DNA of 63,817 nucleotides, the filler included, from Octopus bimaculoides (Eukaryota): NCBI RefSeq assembly GCF_001194135.2. It is 3 parts of 3 records of this genome, joined end to end, with 100 filler letters (N's around TTAATTAATTAA, not from the genome) between each part and the next. Parts side by side here need not be neighbours in the genome. Positions count along the whole stretch, not along the records: positions 1 to 15,554 come from NW_026346790.1; positions 15,655 to 45,855 come from NC_068984.1; 1 more part is not named here. One strand, written 5' to 3'. A program made the translations under genes and the position numbers. The notes under the pieces were generated by a model. The model searched no databases. It was not told the DNA's origin and saw only the letters and a program-made list of their open reading frames with translations. Shown here in pieces: positions 10,694 through 23,930 of the stretch; positions within the stretch are counted from its first letter, which is position 1; each line of letters starts with the position of its first letter.

Positions 10694-12883
10694 TACTATC
10701 TAAAGTTTTCTATTTGTGTGTCCTACCAACTTCATAAACATTTGTCTCATCTTTAAACTGATGTTATATTTTCTGCACCCATAGTAATACCTCGTTCACA
10801 ATCCATCAAAACCTGGAGATAAGGATGCATACAAATGTATATCTTTGCTAGGTATCTGCTCATTACTTTATCATTCAACATTTCTTGGATACCAGGGAAA
10901 CAATTACAAATAATCACTTACTCTACATGTATACACACCGTTTTTAAATCCTTTCTCTTCTCATCAAACATCAGTATACTTTCTTTGACATCATTAGTCT
11001 TTGGCCATGCCTAGCATGGGAATTTTCGGGCAAAACTAATATATTGGAAACAAAAGTTTCTGGCAAGAAGTTTAAGTGCAGCTTCTGTTGACAGAAGTCT
11101 TATGATCATTACTCTATTCAGCTTCCATATTTCCCTGGGCCAGCCATTTCTCTTATACTCTTATTTATTTCAGGGATTATTTGTCCCCACCTCCAAGCAC
11201 AGTTAATATGAGAACACCAGCTCAACACCTTTCATATGTATGTACATGCTGTATCAATACTTGCTTGTAATAATTCATGTCTTTCATGAATAAGAATCTG
11301 AAACATTAAGCAGTGATGACAGGGCTGCTTAAACTTATCGAACAGTGCTATAACTGAGATTATTCACGAATAATCTCCATTTTAGCAAAAGAGCAAGTCA
11401 TAACAATGCATTCCATTTGGTCAGACAATAGACAGCACAGGAAAATTCTAAGTCTTGTTATAATGTTTCAAAGAAACACTCATTTTCTCCTTAGTGAAGA
11501 TTGTCCTGAACAAAAAGTTAGCTTTGACCAGCCTCCTTGAACTTTTATTTAATTCTTGTCTAATTCACCTCATACACAGAAATGCTTGATTGATCCAAGA
11601 TAAAAACTTAAGGCTGAGAAACAAGATTTTACTATTCACTAGCATTCTTTTATAGCTACAGCAAAGGTACCTGTTACTCACTGCTTGCTGATTTAATATA
11701 ACTTCCATTTAATCTATTAAATGTATCTATCACCACTGTCCAGTAACGCAATCTAGTTAATTAGAACTAGATCTACCTGACATTTACCTCCTATCTGTTC
11801 TTTCCACCTGCCTTCCTGCATCAGTTCAAAACAAATGACAATTGCACGAATCCTTACCCTGGTACTGGTATCCGTATTTGAAAAGCGCTTTTAAATACTT
11901 TCTCAAATTAACAAATGAAAAAGTAGTCATTGCTAATATCATTCTGTTAATAGTGACTATATTATAGAAATCATAAGCCATTTCAATACAATGTGATAAT
12001 GTTTGAATTTATAACCTCTTCAATATTAGCCAAAATGAATTAGGTTTTATTTTGAGAAATAAACTATTCTGTAACTTTATGGGATAAGTAGAATTACAAT
12101 ATCAGTTTTAAAAGATTTTTCAAATATAAAAAAAATGATGAGTACATAAAATTTGTCAAAACTTTTAAGCAAGCTGTCATATTTTGACATTTCTTCCAGG
12201 TGAAGTTGCATTATCTCTGTAATGTATTATTGACTTATCTATTTAGCATTTAAACCAACTATATTCAGCCCAAGTATTCATCCTGGCCTCTCACAGACGA
12301 TTACATCATTGAAAGACAATACATGATTAATTCAAAACAATGTGAATAAGTATTACATTTGGCAGAGTAATCTGAATGCTAAAGGATTAAAGCCTGCAAA
12401 TACATAAATGCAGCCTCTTCAGAATATTACCTCTTATATCTACTTGTTACCTCATCAGTGGAAATAAATATTCTGAAAGTGATATTAAGCATAAACCACT
12501 AATGATTTTGTGAGATATTTATTATAAATGGTCTTATTTTTGTTTGTTATAAATACAGTTTGCTTTTTCAGTTTCATATTCAATGAAACTAAAGAATACA
12601 GTTTTTAGTTAATTAACATGTGACTTATGACAAATAGTTTATTTAAAGAAATTAAATCTTTGTTGGATAAGATTTGTTTTTGCTATTTTTTTGGCCTAAT
12701 TGACCTTCAACTGATTGCAACCTCTGTCTTAAAAAAATTCAGGTTTTGAAAGTAGAAATTTGCATTATAGCTTTATTTGAAATAATAGTTCTGTTTTTCC
12801 TAATAATTAATATTTTTATTTTGTTTTTGTATCTGGTTTGCAAGATTCTTTATGTGAATTCATGTGTTGAAGCAAATTTTGTT

Positions 12884-13165
12884 GTCTGTGGAGAGTCATA
12901 TTGTCTTAATGCCTTATTGTCTATCACACTCACCGGTTAAATTTCCATTCATTTCTTATTTATATTTTTTCTTCCAAAATTTTCATTGTTTTTGTGACCT
13001 TGTCAATGAATGTTGACTCTGTTATTAGAATTGCTCCAGTAACAGACGAGGTTACAAAAGCACTGAAAAGTTTGGAAGAAAAATTATAAATAATAAATGA
13101 GTGGAAATCAAACCAGTGAGTGTGTTAGATAATAACACATTAAGACTATGACTCTCCCTAGACAC
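12884..13165. repeat. Inverted repeat with ~100-bp arms, tail to tail
   Basis: gtctgtggagagtcat...ttcttccaaaattttca (12884-12985) pairs with tgaaaagtttggaagaa...atgactctccctagac (13064-13163). Confidence 0.7.
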
Positions 13166-13813
13166 NNNNNNNNNNNNNNNNNNNNNNNNNNNNNNNNNNN
13201 NNNNNNNNNNNNNNNNNNNNNNNNNNNNNNNNNNNNNNNNNNNNNNNNNNNNNNNNNNNNNNNNNNNNNNNNNNNNNNNNNNNNNNNNNNNNNNNNNNNN
13301 NNNNNNNNNNNNNNNNNNNNNNNNNNNNNNNNNNNNNNNNNNNNNNNNNNNNNNNNNNNNNNNNNNNNNNNNNNNNNNNNNNNNNNNNNNNNNNNNNNNN
13401 NNNNNNNNNNNNNNNNNNNNNNNNNNNNNNNNNNNNNNNNNNNNNNNNNNNNNNNNNNNNNNNNNNNNNNNNNNNNNNNNNNNNNNNNNNNNNNNNNNNN
13501 NNNNNNNNNNNNNNNNNNNNNNNNNNNNNNNNNNNNNNNNNNNNNNNNNNNNNNNNNNNNNNNNNNNNNNNNNNNNNNNNNNNNNNNNNNNNNNNNNNNN
13601 NNNNNNNNNNNNNNNNNNNNNNNNNNNNNNNNNNNNNNNNNNNNNNNNNNNNNNNNNNNNNNNNNNNNNNNNNNNNNNNNNNNNNNNNNNNNNNNNNNNN
13701 NNNNNNNNNNNNNNNNNNNNNNNNNNNNNNNNNNNNNNNNNNNNNNNNNNNNNNNNNNNNNNNNNNNNNNNNNNNNNNNNNNNNNNNNNNNNNNNNNNNN
13801 NNNNNNNNNNNNN

Positions 13814-13870
<57 letters not shown>

Positions 13871-13956
13871 ATATATGTAAGTATATATATTTATGCATAT
13901 ATCTGTATATATATATATGTGTGTGTGTGTATGAATATATATATATAAGTATATAT

Positions 13957-14066
13957 AAGTACTAGGCTTACAACGAATAAGTCCCGGGGTTGATTTGCTC
14001 AACTAAAGGCGGTGCTCCAGCATGGCCACAGTCAAATAACTGAAACAAGTAGAAGAATAAAAGAAT
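13957..14066 (+). mobile_element. SINE family A, 3' fragment
   Basis: aagtactaggctta...gaaacaagtagaagaataaaagaata. Confidence 0.8.
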
Positions 14067-14068
14067 AT

Positions 14069-14104
<36 letters not shown>

Positions 14105-14291
14105 CCATATACATACATATATACACACATACATATACACAGATACACATATACTTACATATGCATACATATACACACATATACATACATATACACATAC
14201 ATATACATATATATATTTATATATATACGTATATATATGTATATATATCTGTATATGTATGTAAATGTAAGTGTATATATCTGTATATTTC

Positions 14292-14417
14292 ATCATCATC
14301 ATCATTTAACATCCGCTTTCCATGCTAGCATGGGTTGGACGATTTGACTGAAGACTGGTGAACCAGATGGCTACACCAGGCTCCAATCTGATTTGGCAGA
14401 GGTTCTACAGCTGGATA
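14292..14417 (-). mobile_element. Retroposon 3' fragment with a (TGA)n tail
   Basis: (tca)n followed by tttaacatccgctttccatgctagcatgggttgg. A related ttccatgctggcatggattgg occurs at ~10550. Confidence 0.4.
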
Positions 14418-14503
14418 TATGTGAATGTATATGTATGTGTGTATATATATGTGTATGTATATTGATATAAATATATATATATGTATATATATGTGTGTGT
14501 GTG

Positions 14504-14724
14504 TATTCTTTTATTCTTTTACTTGATTCAGTCATTTGACTGTGACCATGCTGGAACACCACACTTTAGTTGAGCGAATCAACCCCAGGACTTATTCGTT
14601 GTAAGCCTAGTACTTATTCTATCGGTCTCTTTTGCCGAACCGCTAAGTTATGGGGATGTAAACACACCAGCATTGGTTGTCAAGCAATGTTGGGGGGACA
14701 AGCACACACATACATACATATATG

Positions 14725-14757
<33 letters not shown>

Positions 14758-14962
14758 GTATATACATGTATATATATATGTATATACATGTTTATATATA
14801 TATATGACAGGCTTCTTTCAGTTTCCATCTACCAAATCCACTCGCAAGGCTTTGGTCAACCTGAGACTATAGTAGAAGACAGTTGCTGAAGGTGCCACGC
14901 AGTGGGACCTAACCTGGAACCATGTGGTTGGGAAGCAAGCTATTTACTACACAGTCACTCCT
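14504..14962 (-). mobile_element. SINE family A, full length
   Basis: Homologous to 7893-8289, with an expanded internal (TA)n. Confidence 0.9.
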
Positions 14963-15044
14963 TTGTTTATATATATATATACACACACACACATATAAAT
15001 GTGTATATATATATTTATTTGTATATATATGTATTTGTACATGC

Positions 15045-15096
<52 letters not shown>

Positions 15097-15435
15097 GTAT
15101 TTGTATATACTTGTATATATATGTATTTGTATGTACATGTATATGTATATATATCCATTTGTATATACATGTACATATATATACATATGCATGTATGTAT
15201 GCCTATATGTATATATATATGAAACACTTCTGCCACACAGGACCTTGAAGATTGCTTGAAAGCAGGAAAATATACTAGTCCTTAAATATTTAATATTCAA
15301 TATTTCTTTATTCAATAAAACATTCAATACTTCATTTCATTTTACTATATATACTATATATTCCATATTCTATATCCCACATTTATTTTATAAGAATATA
15401 AATAAAACATGAAAAACAGAGTTTGAATTCTTTTG

Positions 15436-15501
<66 letters not shown>

Positions 15502-15598
15502 TTAGGGACAAAATCCAAAATTACAGGTAAAAGCTCAATTAAAATCAATTTATANNNNNNNNNNNNNNNNNNNNNNNNNNNNNNNNNNNNNNNNNNNN

Positions 15599-15610
15599 TT
15601 AATTAATTAA
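15599..15610. other. Assembly join linker TTAATTAATTAA between N runs
   Basis: Palindromic stop-in-all-frames 12-mer flanked by short N blocks. An identical one occurs at 45900-45911. Confidence 0.85.
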
Positions 15611-16083
15611 NNNNNNNNNNNNNNNNNNNNNNNNNNNNNNNNNNNNNNNNNNNNGGGGTGGGGTGCGTTGGGGTCGGGGCTAGGCAATACAAACAACCAT
15701 TACACCTCCAATGACATACGTTGACGTGAGAATAATTCTGTGACGACGGCAAGGTGTGTATGTGTACAGGTGTTTGTTTGAGTGATGATAGCCACGGTGG
15801 GAACACGGAGACAGTGAAAGATGACAATCGGGAGGTGTTTCTAGTTAATTGCAGTTTCGGCTATCAGGTAACACCAATATATTTGAAATGCTCACTTAAC
15901 TCCATTAATAACATCTGGCTCGAGAGACACTACAAACCTGCTGAAAAGAAGCCAGTCACATCGATTCAGCTTTCTCGTACTTCTTTCTTTCTTCCTTCCT
16001 TTCTTTCTTTCTTTCTTTCTTTTATCGGCTATCGCTATAAACGTTGAGGAACTTGACACTTCTCACAATATCTTTCTGTTTTA

Positions 16084-16317
16084 AGGCTGCGAGCTGGCAG
16101 AATCGTCAGCACGCCGGGCGAAATGCGTAGCGTTATTTCGTCTGTCTTTTCGTTCTGAGTTCAAATTCCGCCGAGGTCGACTTTGCCTTTCGTCCTTTCG
16201 GGGTTGATAAATTAAGTACCAGTTACGCACTCGGGTCCATATAATCGACTTAATCCCTTTGTCTGTCCTTGTTTGTCCCCTCTACGTTTAGCCCTTTGTG
16301 GGCAATAAAGAAATAAG
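16084..16317 (+). mobile_element. SINE family B (central ggtcgactttgcctttcatcctttcggggtcgataa; Meta-domain-like as I recall it)
   Basis: Head gcgagctggcagaatcgtcagc and B box gagttcaaattcc. Homologous to 61966-62195. Confidence 0.85.
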
Positions 16318-16515
16318 AAACATTAGCAATATCGGGCGGAATGCTTAGCGGTATTTCGTCTGTCTTTACGTTCTGAGTTCAAATTCTGCTGAAGTCGACT
16401 TTGCCTTTCATCCTTTCGGGGCCGATAAATCAAGTTGCGTACTGTGGTCGATCTTATCGACTGCCACACTTCCCCAAAATTTCGGGCCTTGTGCCTAGAG
16501 TAGAAAAGAATATCT
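16318..16515 (+). mobile_element. SINE family B variant (alternative tail ttgtgcctagagtagaaaagaat)
   Basis: Directly follows the previous copy. Same central domain, different 3' part. Confidence 0.8.
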
Positions 16516-16640
16516 TTCTGTTTTGCAGGATGGTGGACTGCTCGACACTGTTGGGGAAATGGCTCTCAACCGAGGTCCGTACGACCTTTGAGGGCTCATG
16601 TACAATTTATTGGTTTTTATTTCTGCAATACACAAAATAT

Positions 16641-16859
16641 TTTTTCTATTTTACTCTAGGTACATGGCCCGAAATTTTTGGGGAGAGGGAGCAGTCGATT
16701 AGATCGACCCCAGTACGGAAATGGCACTTAGTTTATCGACCCCCAAACGATGAAAGGCAAAGTCGACCTCGGCGGAATTCGAACTCAGAACATAAAGACA
16801 GATGAAATACCGCTAAGCATTTCGCCCACCGTGCTAACGTTTCTGCCAGCTCGCCACCT
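16641..16859 (-). mobile_element. SINE family B variant
   Basis: Reverse complement of the 16318-16515 type. Confidence 0.85.
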
Positions 16860-17432
16860 AGCAATACACAGAACATTTCAACAATTATCTTTTATAAAAT
16901 TCCTAATAATAATTAATTATAAAAAATATAATTGGATCTTTTAAACAGGGAAGAGCTATGAGGGTCCATGAGGGTCCATTCCTATGAGGGTCCGAGTAGA
17001 ATAGGAACCAAAGGGGTCCATAGACGAGAAAGGGTTGAGAAAAAAGTATTAAACCCTGAACAAAACGCCTTGTCGAATGTTAAAATTCTGGGTTAAAACT
17101 CCAGCGAGGTCGACTTTATCTTTCATCCGTTCATGGGTCTCTAAAACAAAGGTAGCAGACAAGTCGGTAAAATCTCCCCCATCAAATTTCAGCTTCTCTG
17201 CTTATGTCAGAAACAAAGAATGTAGCTTGGCAGAATCATTTCCATCAACGTTTTATGAAAGAGATTTACTGAATTAGAGTAATCTAATAATCGTTTCAAG
17301 TTTTGGCTCAAGGCTAAGAATACAAGAGGAAGAGTACGGTTGGTTCAGTAACCTGCAGTATTTGACTGTACTCTGTTTTATCGACACCGAAAGAGTGAAA
17401 GACAAAGTTGTGATCCGTGGGATTAGAATAAG

Positions 17433-17550
17433 TGTTGTTGTGTGGTAAGACGTGAGCATGCAGGGCAAGCGTCTTCTGTTATAGCCTCGGACCGACCGAA
17501 GTCTTATCAGTGAATTTCGTAGATGGAAACTGAAAGAATCCCGTCGTATG

Positions 17551-17581
<31 letters not shown>

Positions 17582-17793
17582 CTTTGTGTTCCCCATCACA
17601 GCTTGACAACCGGTATTGGTGTGTTTATGTTCCCGTAAGCTAGCGGTTCGGCAAGAGAGACTGATAGAATAATTACCAGGATTAAAAGGAAAAAATAGTC
17701 TCTGGGGTCGATTCATTCGACTAAAATTCTTTCATACGGTGCCCCAGCATGGCTGCAGTCTAATGAGTGGAACAAGTGAAAGATAAAAGATAA
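17433..17793 (+). mobile_element. SINE family A, diverged subfamily
   Basis: Contains gatggaaactgaaagaatcccgtcg, (TG)n and ggggtcgattcattcgactaa...ccagcatggctgcagtc. Confidence 0.8.
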
Positions 17794-17966
17794 ATTAGAA
17801 CCTTAAATAAGAGAGGTTGCTATTTATGGGAATAGGGAGACAGCCTGGGGTTGATTCGATGGAAACCCCAGAGAAAAGGCCGGAATACATGACTACATTT
17901 ACGTGTGTGCTGCTCAGCAAAACCCTTCTGTTTTCCGTCCCTTTCCAGGGCCAATATAGCCTACAC

Positions 17967-18157
17967 AAGTGGTTCTCAGCCTTTTTAATATCCTGGAAAG
18001 ATCCGAAATCTGGATTTTGTTCGGAGGACGCACCAAAAAATGTAAAATGCAATTAAAGAAAAATTTGTCATATTTATTGAGGGAAAACAGTCTAGGGCCG
18101 CCGGAAGAATACTTTAGGGCCGCATGCGTCTCTGTGAGCCGCATTTAAGAACTGCTG
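17967..18157. mobile_element. hAT/Charlie-like MITE (degenerate)
   Basis: Ends aagtggttctcagcc and tttaagaactgctg resemble CAGTGGTTCTCAA TIRs. The 8-bp flanks gcctacac and acctatac match at 6 of 8 positions. Confidence 0.5.
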
Positions 18158-18660
18158 ACCTATACAGACTCTTGCAATAGAACCGAGAGCGTTACCCCGA
18201 TAAATGGATCACCGGGGTCACACTGGTTCCTAGCCTACCCCTACACAAGCTATACTTCAGTCTCTATTTTGAAAAACAAACTCTGGGTAGTCCTAATCAA
18301 ACTCATTAATCTTGTTTGTCTCCCACAATTCAAACGAATGAGAAGGGGGCGTCGTTGCATTTGCTAAAACTGCTAGAAATAGTAAGCAAATCTGCCTTAA
18401 ATCACAGCAAACGTCTTGTATAGAGAAGAATTTCACGAGATTTGGCCCTGATAACTGAGTAACTAAGTCAAATGGAATGTGTTGTGTGCGGATGCAACCG
18501 AGTGTATCAATGGTATGGATCAGTAGACATGATGTATGTGTTTTTAACGTGCCTCGTTCTCGGTGAATCTAACACAAGTCCCATGCATAGATAGTCACAC
18601 ATGTTTGTGCAGAGAAATGCAGCGATTTGAGCGAATAAACATAGCTGTTTTGCGGATGAT

Positions 18661-18699
<39 letters not shown>

Positions 18700-18830
18700 A
18701 TGTATGTATGTATGTATGTATGTATGTATGTATAAATATATATATATATTTCGTTTATGTATATACATATATATGCACATTTATATGAATGTGTTTGGTT
18801 GGATGGCTCTATGTATGTATGTACGTGTAT

Positions 18831-18877
<47 letters not shown>

Positions 18878-19060
18878 TGTGCGTGCGTGTGTGTGTGTGT
18901 GGTGAGAGAGAGAGAAAGAGACAAAATGATGGACAGAAAGTAATATGTAGATACATGCATATATGTGAGTATATATATGCTCTTGTGTGTGTGTGTGTGT
19001 GTTTGATTCTTGGTGAATGTATATATGTGTGTGAGTGTGTGTGTGTATTTATAAGAAATA

Positions 19061-19110
19061 TAATAATAATAACGATGATGATGATGATGATGATGATGAA
19101 GACGATGATG

Positions 19111-19168
<58 letters not shown>

Positions 19169-19182
19169 CAACAACAACAAGA
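19061..19182. repeat. Compound trinucleotide microsatellite (GAT)n(AAT)n(AAC)n
   Basis: Seen directly in the sequence. Confidence 0.95.
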
Positions 19183-19973
19183 GGATAGATGATGTTGGTA
19201 GCATTCACGCAGATACAAAAATACGTACAATATTCTGTGTCTGTTCGTGTACGCCTGTGTTCGGTGTATGTATATAGAGAGGGAGATAAGAGATAGAAGA
19301 TGACAGAAAGGAAGGACGAGAGGGGTGATAGACGGACAGACTGACAGACAGATAGATAGACAGATAGGTNNNNNNNNNNNNNNNNNNNNNNNNNNNNNNN
19401 NNNNNNNNNNNNNNNNNNNNNNNNNNNNNNNNNNNNNNNNNNNNNNNNNNNNNNNNNNNNNNNNNNNNNNNNNNNNNNNNNNNNNNNNNNNNNNNNNNNN
19501 NNNNNNNNNNNNNNNNNNNNNNNNNNNNNNNNNNNNNNNNNNNNNNNNNNNNNNNNNNNNNNNNNNNNNNNNNNNNNNNNNNNNNNNNNNNNNNNNNNNN
19601 NNNNNNNNNNNNNNNNNNNNNNNNNNNNNNNNNNNNNNNNNNNNNNNNNNNNNNNNNNNNNNNNNNNNNNNNNNNNNNNNNNNNNNNNNNNNNNNNNNNN
19701 NNNNNNNNNNNNNNNNNNNNNNNNNNNNNNNNNNNNNNNNNNNNNNNNNNNNNNNNNNNNNNNNNNNNNNNNNNNNNNNNNNNNNNNNNNNNNNNNNNNN
19801 NNNNNNNNNNNNNNNNNNNNNNNNNNNNNNNNNNNNNNNNNNNNNNNNNNNNNNNNNNNNNNNNNNNNNNNNNNNNNNNNNNNNNNNNNNNNNNNNNNNN
19901 NNNNNNNNNNNNNNNNNNNNNNNNNNNNNNNNNNNNNNNNNNNNNNNNNNNNNNNNNNNNNNNNNNNNNNNNN

Positions 19974-20004
<31 letters not shown>

Positions 20005-20152
20005 TCTTGCACGAGACCTTCGGCGTTCGGGGCAACTTCTGTTGATTATAATAAAAAAATATATCCCCCTGTTTTGTGTATAATTATCCTGTTTATACTA
20101 CCATACCTATATGGGTATGTGTGTGGCGCAGGTGTGTATGTGTGTGTGTGTA

Positions 20153-20452
20153 TAACTGGCACTCTATCGGTTCCAGTTGATCCGGTTAACGGATCAGCCT
20201 TCTCGTGAAATTAACGGGCAAGTGGCTGAGAAGCCCGCAGGCACACGTACCCTTAACATACTTCTCAGGTAGATTCTGTGTGTCACAGAGTGTGACAAGG
20301 CCGGTTCTACAAATACAGGTTCTACTCGTTTTTGCCAGCTGAGTGGTATGGAGCAACGTGGAAGTTAAAGAGTCTTGCTCAAGGACGCAACACGTCGTCG
20401 GGTATCGAACTCATAAACTGACATTGAATACCCTAACCGCTAGGCAACACCC
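20153..20452 (-). mobile_element. SINE family C variant
   Basis: Reverse complement of the 27679-27988 type. Confidence 0.75.
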
Positions 20453-20493
20453 ATTCACTATACACACACACATNNNNNNNNNNCACACACATA

Positions 20494-20535
<42 letters not shown>

Positions 20536-20755
20536 CACACACACATATATGAATGTCTGGTTGTATGTATGCATGTATATACACACACATGTATATATAT
20601 GTATATGTATATGTATGTATGTACACATAAATATATATAGGTATATATGTACATATATATGTCTGTCTTTATGTATATGCATCAATGTACGCGTGTATAT
20701 GTACATACATAAATCGGTTGACTATCAGAGAGATAAATATATACATGCATGCATA

Positions 20756-20825
<70 letters not shown>

Positions 20826-20883
20826 CATACATATATATATACCTACACACACACACGCACACATATATATATGTATATGTATG

Positions 20884-20919
<36 letters not shown>

Positions 20920-21152
20920 TAGATAGATATTTATATATATATGTATATACATGTATATATATATACATACATGCATACCTATATATAAGAGTGTATGTGT
21001 ATGTAGGTATGCATGTACATACCTCTGTGTTTATATCAGTTTCAGACAATACTGCATTGTCACATCTCCAACTCCGCTTACCTTTTTTCTTATGCTTTCC
21101 ACAAATTTACACCTGAATATGTGCATACATGCATACATACATACATGCTTTC

Positions 21153-21215
<63 letters not shown>

Positions 21216-21359
21216 TCAACATACATACATGCTTATATACATACTAGCATATATTTACATATATCCACACAGAAATATCATTTATATACATACGTATGCA
21301 CATCTATGCACATATTAAACTTGTTCATTCCCTGTTATCGCTTGCGCTCATTGCCTATT

Positions 21360-21434
<75 letters not shown>

Positions 21435-22155
21435 TGACAGATAGATGTTTTAACTCATATAGACAGATATGTACGTTGTGTGCATAAGCGAAAGTCCCTG
21501 TGTGATGTTTGTGATGTATGTCTGTAGTAAATATAATCAAACGTAATCTAGTTTTGACTAGGATTCATCGCGATTTTCAAGAGAGCAAGTCGACGAAGTA
21601 TTTAATCTAATTTTAAATTAAACTTTACCCGCTAACTCAGTACTCTATTGCAATGACGTCTGCACACACATTATACATATTTATGCACACATATACGCGC
21701 ATATATACAGATAGATATAGATATATTTTAAGCAGCATATAATGTATACACACACAAACATATGCATACATATAAATGCGTATTTATCGTTTTTATGCTC
21801 AGTATATGTACGTAAGTATATGTACGTATGCACGTATGTATATATGTCTATGTATGTATGCACGTATGTATATATGTCTATGTATGTATGCATACTCACA
21901 TACATATATATCCGTCACTAAATCTGCGTACTTGCACAACAACCGCCTATTCATCATTCTTCTATTTTGTATTCATACATAGTAAATACACTGCAAAAAT
22001 GTGCGTGTACGTATGTATACATACATGCACACACAATCACACACACTCTTATGCGTGTGTATACATACATATATATATATATATTTATATTTGTATATAT
22101 ACATGTGAATCTATGTGAGTAATACATGCGTATACATACATATATACATATACAT

Positions 22156-22216
<61 letters not shown>

Positions 22217-22935
22217 NNNNNNNNNNNNNNNNNNNNNNNNNNNNNNNNNNNNNNNNNNNNNNNNNNNNNNNNNNNNNNNNNNNNNNNNNNNNNNNNNNNN
22301 NNNNNNNNNNNNNNNNNNNNNNNNNNNNNNNNNNNNNNNNNNNNNNNNNNNNNNNNNNNNNNNNNNNNNNNNNNNNNNNNNNNNNNNNNNNNNNNNNNNN
22401 NNNNNNNNNNNNNNNNNNNNNNNNNNNNNNNNNNNNNNNNNNNNNNNNNNNNNNNNNNNNNNNNNNNNNNNNNNNNNNNNNNNNNNNNNNNNNNNNNNNN
22501 NNNNNNNNNNNNNNNNNNNNNNNNNNNNNNNNNNNNNNNNNNNNNNNNNNNNNNNNNNNNNNNNNNNNNNNNNNNNNNNNNNNNNNNNNNNNNNNNNNNN
22601 NNNNNNNNNNNNNNNNNNNNNNNNNNNNNNNNNNNNNNNNNNNNNNNNNNNNNNNNNNNNNNNNNNNNNNNNNNNNNNNNNNNNNNNNNNNNNNNNNNNN
22701 NNNNNNNNNNNNNNNNNNNNNNNNNNNNNNNNNNNNNNNNNNNNNNNNNNNNNNNNNNNNNNNNNNNNNNNNNNNNNNNNNNNNNNNNNNNNNNNNNNNN
22801 NNNNNNNNNNNNNNNNNNNNNNNNNNNNNNNNNNNNNNNNNNNNNNNNNNNNNNNNNNNNNNNNNNNNNNNNNNNNNNNNNNNNNNNNNNNNNNNNNNNN
22901 NNNNNNNNNNNNNNNNNNNNNNNNNNNATACATAC

Positions 22936-22967
<32 letters not shown>

Positions 22968-23891
22968 TTATATGTACGTGTGTATGTGTATGGATAGGTA
23001 TGTACTGAAATATATACATAAGTATATATTACATGGAAAACCCTTCCACACGTATGCTGAATAAAATTGTTCTGGCGGATGGAATAAAAGCGCCATACAT
23101 ACTGATAGCTTTTATCCATAAAAAACGTTCTGTTCTTGTATGTTCCAGTAAAAAAGAATAAGAAAAAATATATTGATGTATACGACGTATAAAAATCATA
23201 TAACAAGTGCAATTGAAACAAATTTGATAATGTTCTTTGGAGCAGGAACAAAGACTGTTTCTTGTTATGAAGGTTAGATTCCTAGCTTGTGTCAGAGTCT
23301 AGTTCTCTGTGTACTTAGAGCTTCCATCTTTCAGGGATTATGTCTTTTGTATTGTTTGACCGTAAGGTTCCGGCAGAGTTGTTCACGTATCTTGTTGAAC
23401 TAAGAGCCAACGTAACAGAATGGTGCTTGGATAACAATTTTCTTCCTCAAAAAGGTGAAGAATACCACTACCCTCTAGCTCACGAAAAAAGGAAAAAAAA
23501 NNNNNNNNNNATATATATATATATATATATACATACATATATATATACATATATGTATATGCATATGTACATACTTACATACATCTATGCATATATACGG
23601 GGCCTTTTGTGAACATAATGTTTACAAAGAAATCGAATTTTTATGTTGAATGACCGTGTGTCAGTGAGGAAACTAGATTAACCAATCGATCAATCGATAC
23701 ATGAATATGTAGAGATATAAAATAGACAGAGAGAATTGGTGCGAAAGGTTTATCGATAAATTGACAATCATTTGTATACACGCATATATACACACATACA
23801 CCTATATTTACCTACCTACCTACATACATACAAACATATCTTTACATATATATGTATAAGTATATATATATGTGTATATATATATAAATAC

Positions 23892-23930
<39 letters not shown>

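Noticed and set aside
16945-17040. atgagggtcc triplication and hAT-like end fragments (also ~36020-36050 and ~38418-38480)
   Set aside because: Only single TIR-like fragments are present, with no paired ends or TSDs to define elements.
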